Source: an uncultured delta proteobacterium | GTDB taxonomy: Bacteria > Myxococcota_A > Polyangia > Polyangiales > Polyangiaceae | Direction: 5' to 3' | Length of the DNA stretch: 64,000 nt | Assembly: GCA_963696385.1 (NCBI GenBank) | Contig: CAVOKF010000007.1 | Coordinates: forward strand, 544,001 to 608,000 | Shown: piece by piece, positions 59,512-64,000 of the stretch | How positions within the stretch are numbered: position 1 is the stretch's first letter | Layout: every line of letters starts with the position of its first letter | Made by a program: the position numbers and the translations under genes | Notes under the pieces: model-generated | What the model saw: only the letters and a program-made list of their open reading frames with translations | Database searches by the model: none | What the model was told of the DNA's origin: nothing

Positions 59512-60519
59512 ATGCCCCCGACTTCAAGTCCCAGCGTGGCAGCGAGCGCTCGCCGGATCGGCTCCGCCGACGTCGTCGACAGCCGAACGAGCGCCGATCG
59601 GCCCGGCAGAACCCCTCTCGTCGAGCTTCGGCGTCTGACCGGCAAGCTTCCGGGGCGTGTCGTCGTCAAGCTCGAGTCCCGCAACCCGAGCGGCAGCATC
59701 AAAGATCGCGTCGCGACGGCACTGGTGGAGGAAGCGGAATCCGAAGGATTGCTCACGAGCGGGAGCACGATCGTCGCCGCCACGAGCGGCAACACGGGGC
59801 TCGCGCTTGCGCGCATCGCGGCGGCGCGCGGCTACAAGGCTCGCTTGGCGGTCCCCCAGGACTGGTGCCACGAACGGATGGCGCTGCTGCTCTACCTCGG
59901 GGCCGACGTGATCGTCACGCCGGGTGGAAGCATGGAGACGGCGCGCCACCGCGCCCGCCAAATCGCCGCGAGCCCGAACGAGCGTAGCGCCGTGCTGCTC
60001 GATCAATTCACATCGGAAGCCAACTGGCAGGTTCACCGTCGAACGACCGCCGAGGAAATCTGGGCCGACACCGGAGGGGAAGTGGCCGCCTTCGTTGCAG
60101 GCGTCGGCACGGGCGGGACCCTGATGGGCGTCGCCCGAGGTCTTCGCGCGCGCAAACCGGGGGTCCGCATCATCGCGGTCGAACCGGCGGCATCGCCCGT
60201 GCTCTCCGGGGGACAACCGGCGGATCACGGCATCCAGGGGATCGGCGCCGGCTTCATTCCCCCGCTCTTCCGCTTCGACATCGTCGACGAGATCCTGGGC
60301 GTTCGCGACGAAGTCGCCTTCGAATGGACCCAGAAGCTGGCGCGCGAGGAGGGAATCCTCGCGGGCGTCTCGTCCGGTGCGGCGGTCGCAGCGGCCGTAT
60401 CCGTCGCCGGCCAGAAGCGCATGGCCGGCAAAATGATCGTGACCATGGTCTGCGACTCCGCCGAGCGATACGTCATTGCACCCCGAATCGAAGCGCCCGC
60501 GCGACGAGGCCGGACATGA
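59512..60519 (+). CDS. cysK: Cysteine synthase / O-acetylserine sulfhydrylase family PLP enzyme
   Basis: KLE..NPSGSIKDR, TSGNTG, GVGTGGT, H.IQGIGAGF.P, G.SSGA and ERY. Confidence 0.88.
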   Translation: MPPTSSPSVAASARRIGSADVVDSRTSADRPGRTPLVELRRLTGKLPGRVVVKLESRNPSGSIKDRVATALVEEAESEGLLTSGSTIVAATSGNTGLALARIAAARGYKARLAVPQDWCHERMALLLYLGADVIVTPGGSMETARHRARQIAASPNERSAVLLDQFTSEANWQVHRRTTAEEIWADTGGEVAAFVAGVGTGGTLMGVARGLRARKPGVRIIAVEPAASPVLSGGQPADHGIQGIGAGFIPPLFRFDIVDEILGVRDEVAFEWTQKLAREEGILAGVSSGAAVAAAVSVAGQKRMAGKMIVTMVCDSAERYVIAPRIEAPARRGRT

Positions 60520-60836
60520 GCGCGCGCCGACGCGTCAGCTTCATCGGCGGAGCCGAGCGCGTGGAGCGCGGGCTGCTCGCCTTGGCGGACGAAGTGGGAG
60601 TCGATGTGGAAGTGCACGACGGCCATACGCGCGGCAGTGGGGCCGGTCGACTGGCGGCGGCCGTCCAACGGTCCGACCTGCTCGTCATCATCACCGGAAC
60701 GAACAGCCACAATGCCGTTCATGTCGCCAAGCGCGAAGCCGCCCGTTTCGGTGTCCCGGTGCGGATCCTCCGGTCTTGTGGCGTCGGCAGGGCCCGTGCT
60801 CTGCTGGCCGAGGTCGCCCGAGTCCAGGACCCCTGA
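60516..60836 (+). CDS. DUF2325-like small Rossmann-type protein
   Basis: ATGA overlap with cysK. V..IGG, DLLVIIT..NSH.....AK..A...GVP. Confidence 0.75.
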   Translation: MSARRRVSFIGGAERVERGLLALADEVGVDVEVHDGHTRGSGAGRLAAAVQRSDLLVIITGTNSHNAVHVAKREAARFGVPVRILRSCGVGRARALLAEVARVQDP

Positions 60837-60938
60837 CGGAATCGCCTGGACGCCGATTCCGCGCTCGACGGCCGTCGAGAACCAGTCCGGATTCCGTCTA
60901 TCCCGACCCCGCGCCGACGCCATGATAGCGTCGCGTCC

Positions 60939-61139
60939 GTGCGCGCACTCTTCCGGATCGTCGTCGTGGCAAGCGTGGCTCTCGGGTGTACGGAGACGCC
61001 CAGCAATCTGCCGGCGTGCCTCGGTATCCAGGGCAGTCCGGCATGCGCTCCCGACGATGCGGGCACCGACGCCGACGCCGACGCCGACGCCACCGATGCG
61101 TCGGACGCCGCGGCTGGACTCATTGCCCCCACGGACTGA
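60939..61139 (+). CDS. Small lipoprotein
   Basis: Lipobox ALGC, a Cys pair and a (DA)n acidic tail. Confidence 0.55.
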   Translation: MRALFRIVVVASVALGCTETPSNLPACLGIQGSPACAPDDAGTDADADADATDASDAAAGLIAPTD

Positions 61140-61264
61140 ACGGTTCCGTCGGAGGGACCGTTTGGCCGCGGATGCCTACGCTCGCCGGGGTGGGGGGGTG
61201 GACTGCGTTCGACGCGCGGCCCCCCCTCGCGCGGGCGATTCGGAGAACCTAGATTGCCAGGACC

Positions 61265-61981
61265 ATGACATCGCTGGAAGTGCAGGTGTGGTCGGACATC
61301 GCGTGTCCCTGGTGCTACGTAGGCAAGCGGCGTCTCGAGACGGCGCTGGCCGGGTTTGCGCATCGCGACGCGGTCCACGTGCGCTGGCGGGCGTTCGAGC
61401 TCGACCCAGCGGCCCCTCGCGTGCGAGACGCCACCGGGCCGTATGCCGAGCGGCTTGCGAAAAAGTACGGAATGTCAAAGGCTCAAGCGGAGCAACGCCT
61501 CGGGCATCTCACCGAGATGGCCGCCGCGGAGGGATTGGATCTCCGCTTCGACCGCATTCGCCCGGGCAATACGTTCGATGCGCACCGTCTGATCGCGCTG
61601 GCGAGAGCCCGAGGCCTCGAAGACACCGCGAAGGAACGGCTGATGCGCGCGTATTTCACCGAGGGGCGCGCCATCGGCGACCCAAGCGTGCTCGTTGCAC
61701 TCGGTGAGCAGGTCGGGCTCGACCGCGCGGAGGTCCACGACGCGCTCGCGAGCGACGCCTATTCGGAAGAGGTCCGCGCCGACGAAGAACTCGCGCGCGA
61801 TCTCGGCATCTCCGGTGTGCCCTTCTTTGTCCTGGGGGAGCGACTCGCCGTGTCGGGGGCGCAGCCGTCCACCGCATTGACGGCAGCGCTCGATCAAGCC
61901 TGGGCCGAAGGACCGGCGCCGCCATCGGAAGGCCCGTCGTGCGGCCCCGACGAATGCGAACGGCCGCTTCCCTCCGCGTGA
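61265..61981 (+). CDS. DsbA-family oxidoreductase (FrnE-like)
   Basis: WSDIACPWCYVGKRR, FELDP, NTFDAHRL, GISGVPFF and SGAQ. Confidence 0.93.
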   Translation: MTSLEVQVWSDIACPWCYVGKRRLETALAGFAHRDAVHVRWRAFELDPAAPRVRDATGPYAERLAKKYGMSKAQAEQRLGHLTEMAAAEGLDLRFDRIRPGNTFDAHRLIALARARGLEDTAKERLMRAYFTEGRAIGDPSVLVALGEQVGLDRAEVHDALASDAYSEEVRADEELARDLGISGVPFFVLGERLAVSGAQPSTALTAALDQAWAEGPAPPSEGPSCGPDECERPLPSA

Positions 61982-62238
61982 GGCGGACGCCAAGACACCA
62001 CCACCGCTAGACTCCGCTCAGAGTGAAATGCAGCTTGCCCCGGAGCCAGTCGAGTCCGCGAGCCCATCGGACGTGACGCGAGGCCGAAGTCGTCGGGGCC
62101 GAACCGCACGCAAGTCGGGTCCCGAAGCGGTCTTCCGCTCCAGAGGGGGGTCCTTGAGCGCCGCGGCGTGCGTCGGCCGTTCGGTCGCTGCGAATTGAAT
62201 CGTTCACGGCCCCGGGAATCGCTCGCTCCGGCCGATTC

Positions 62239-63510
62239 TCACAGAGCAGTCCGAGCACACCGAACCCCGTAGGCGTAGGCGCCCGTGTCGGCAGGGGCGT
62301 TCGGATGTCGAGACGGGGCAAAGTTCCCACTCCCCCTGTCGAAGTTACCGCCCTGGGTCAATCGCTCGGTGCCTGTCGTGAGATTGGCGCAATTCACGCA
62401 CGTGCCACCGACGTAGGGGCTCGCGTACCAGTCCAACGTCCACTCAAAAACGGTGCCCGCGAGGTCGAGCTGCCCCCACCGGCCGATTCCCTGCGTCGCC
62501 GTTCCCACCGGCGCAATGTTCTCGACGCCGGAGCAGGTCCCGGAGCCATTTGGGAAATAGCACATGTAGATGGCGTACTCGTTCATCGTCCCCGGACCGG
62601 TCGTGCCCCATGGGTACTCGCTCTGGACCGAGCCTCCGACCGCTGCGTATTCAAATTCCGCTTCGCTCGGAAGAAAACCGCCGTCGAAGATACAAAAGGC
62701 GTAGGCGTCGTACCAATTGACGCAGTTGATGGGCAGATTCTCCTGACTGCCTGCCGAGGGCGTCCAGGTCCAGTAGTGGGATCCGGGGGTGAGGTCCGCG
62801 ACGAGCGTCCCTTCGCACTCCAGTGCGGCGTCGGTGGGCATGACGTTGCTGTCGTCTGACACCAGCCACCCCGGCTCGTACCCTACGCCCGAGGCGTTGA
62901 TCAGGCCAGCACCCCCATTCAGGTCGCTGTGCTTGCCCGACCCCGCCGGCGGCCTCCACCCGGCGTTCCAGGCCGCCACGAACTGGCGAAAGCGGCCCAC
63001 CGTCACCAAGTACTTGTCCAGGCGAAAGGAATCTACCGTCGCCGGGTCCGCCTCGCCGGTCGGCCCGTTGCCGGAATTCTCAAACGACCGGTAGTAATTT
63101 CCTCCGGCTACCGGCAGGCTGGTGCAGCAGCTTTCGGTCGCGGCTCCGCAGTCGTCCAGACCGGCGCCGGAAGCTTGGCAACTCGGCGGTGCCGGCATGC
63201 CTTCCTCCGGCGCATCCACGGACGCATCCGGGGGCTCGAAGCCGCCCGCATCCGTCTCGGAACTGCTTGCGTCCGTCTCGGAACTGCCTGCCTCGATCTG
63301 GGGACCACCGCCGGTCGTGTTCCAACCGAGAAGGACCCGCGCGTCAGGACATCCCAGGGTTGCCAGCCCGATGGCGAGACCCGCGATGACACCGAGATTC
63401 CACCGCGCGGGATGAGGCACCGGCCACCCTGAGCTGGACGTTAGCCCAAAGGGATCGCGATCTGAAGAACGTTCGTCGCGATGCCCCGGATCGCGGTACA
63501 CCCCTCGCAT
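62239..63510 (-). CDS. FGE-sulfatase-fold (SUMF1/EgtB/PvdO) exported protein
   Basis: ESCC.S..V.GG, FRLDKY.VTVGRF, PINCVNW, LPSEAE.E.AA, YPWG, DLAG.V.EW and G.RCAR. The start is 63510 or GTG 63420. Confidence 0.85.
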   Translation of the reverse strand: MRGVYRDPGHRDERSSDRDPFGLTSSSGWPVPHPARWNLGVIAGLAIGLATLGCPDARVLLGWNTTGGGPQIEAGSSETDASSSETDAGGFEPPDASVDAPEEGMPAPPSCQASGAGLDDCGAATESCCTSLPVAGGNYYRSFENSGNGPTGEADPATVDSFRLDKYLVTVGRFRQFVAAWNAGWRPPAGSGKHSDLNGGAGLINASGVGYEPGWLVSDDSNVMPTDAALECEGTLVADLTPGSHYWTWTPSAGSQENLPINCVNWYDAYAFCIFDGGFLPSEAEFEYAAVGGSVQSEYPWGTTGPGTMNEYAIYMCYFPNGSGTCSGVENIAPVGTATQGIGRWGQLDLAGTVFEWTLDWYASPYVGGTCVNCANLTTGTERLTQGGNFDRGSGNFAPSRHPNAPADTGAYAYGVRCARTAL

Positions 63511-63574
63511 GGCCGGCCGCGCACGGGGTTCTACCCCAAAGGGTGCGATCTCGCCGGCGTCGCGAGCCAGCCAC

Positions 63575-64000
63575 GTGCAGGTGCGACTAGGCTGCTCGCT
63601 TGCGGCCGCGGTGCTCGTTCTGCCTTGGGCTACTGCGCCGGCGAGAGCGTCGGACGCAGGGACTCTGGTCGATCTCGAATGGGTCGCGCCCGACGGGTGT
63701 CCGGATGCCGCGACCATTGCGCGCGAGGTCGATCGGCTCCGTGCAGATCTCGCCCCGACCGCCCATCCGTACCTACGGGCGCATGCCGAGGTCCAGAAGG
63801 AGAAGTCGGGTCCGTGGCGTATGGATCTCCGAACGACCAGCCCGCTGGGCCCTGGGCATCGGACGGTCAGCGCGGAATCGTGCCGCGCGCTGGCGGACGC
63901 AACGGCCCTGATTCTTGCGCTGGCGCTCCCCCTCGACTCGGAGCCTGCGTCGGGAGGTCGCTCGACCGAAAGGGTGGCGAAAGCCACCGCGCCTCCGGTT
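63575..64000 (+). CDS. 5' part of a secreted myxobacterial-type protein truncated by the window edge
   Basis: Open frame with signal peptide ..APARA/SD, then LEWVAPDGCPD and SCRALADATALILALAL. Confidence 0.7.
   Translation, partial: MQVRLGCSLAAAVLVLPWATAPARASDAGTLVDLEWVAPDGCPDAATIAREVDRLRADLAPTAHPYLRAHAEVQKEKSGPWRMDLRTTSPLGPGHRTVSAESCRALADATALILALALPLDSEPASGGRSTERVAKATAPPV

Noticed and set aside
63251..63292. 21-bp two-copy repeat, and (GACGCC)n near 61070
   Set aside because: These are ordinary low-complexity linker coding (SSETDA, DADADA).
62239..63510. FGE protein as the maturase of the sulfatase-fold enzyme
   Set aside because: It lacks the catalytic Cys pair region of true FGE, and the sulfatase-fold protein has no Cys/Ser target motif.

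Overview
This is a GC-rich bacterial chromosomal window. The many Cys/Asp-Ala-Gly-rich lipoproteins, a Hanks kinase-PEGA-like cassette, a CarA/CarH-regulated crt cluster and an FGE-fold lipoprotein suggest a myxobacterium of the Polyangia/Sorangiineae type (inference). From left to right it holds: secreted lipoproteins; a MutS-domain-V-only ATPase with a membrane-anchored partner; a CBS protein; a frameshifted rhamnogalacturonan acetylesterase-like lipoprotein; a PQQ-like beta-propeller; a Ser/Thr kinase / PEGA-like / lipoprotein cassette whose last gene is duplicated nearby; a membrane sulfatase-fold protein; a DUF2844-DUF3443 pair facing an NsrR-like regulator; a diheme cytochrome; marR-ClC-cobA; a B12-photoreceptor-controlled carotenoid cluster (crtI, crtB, CruA-type cyclase, crtZ, truncated crtD, crtE) with two readable operators; a 10-kb c-di-GMP/two-component cluster including a REC-PAS-GGDEF-REC-histidine kinase fusion; a sugar ABC transporter with galT/galK and a GH43; sulfate ABC genes with cysK-DUF2325; and DsbA/FrnE. 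Four G(G/C)GGTC hexamer arrays all lie upstream of genes. Four single-base frameshifts may be sequencing errors. I found no rRNA, tRNA, CRISPR array, integrase or transposase. All family calls come from motif recognition by eye and no database searches were run.
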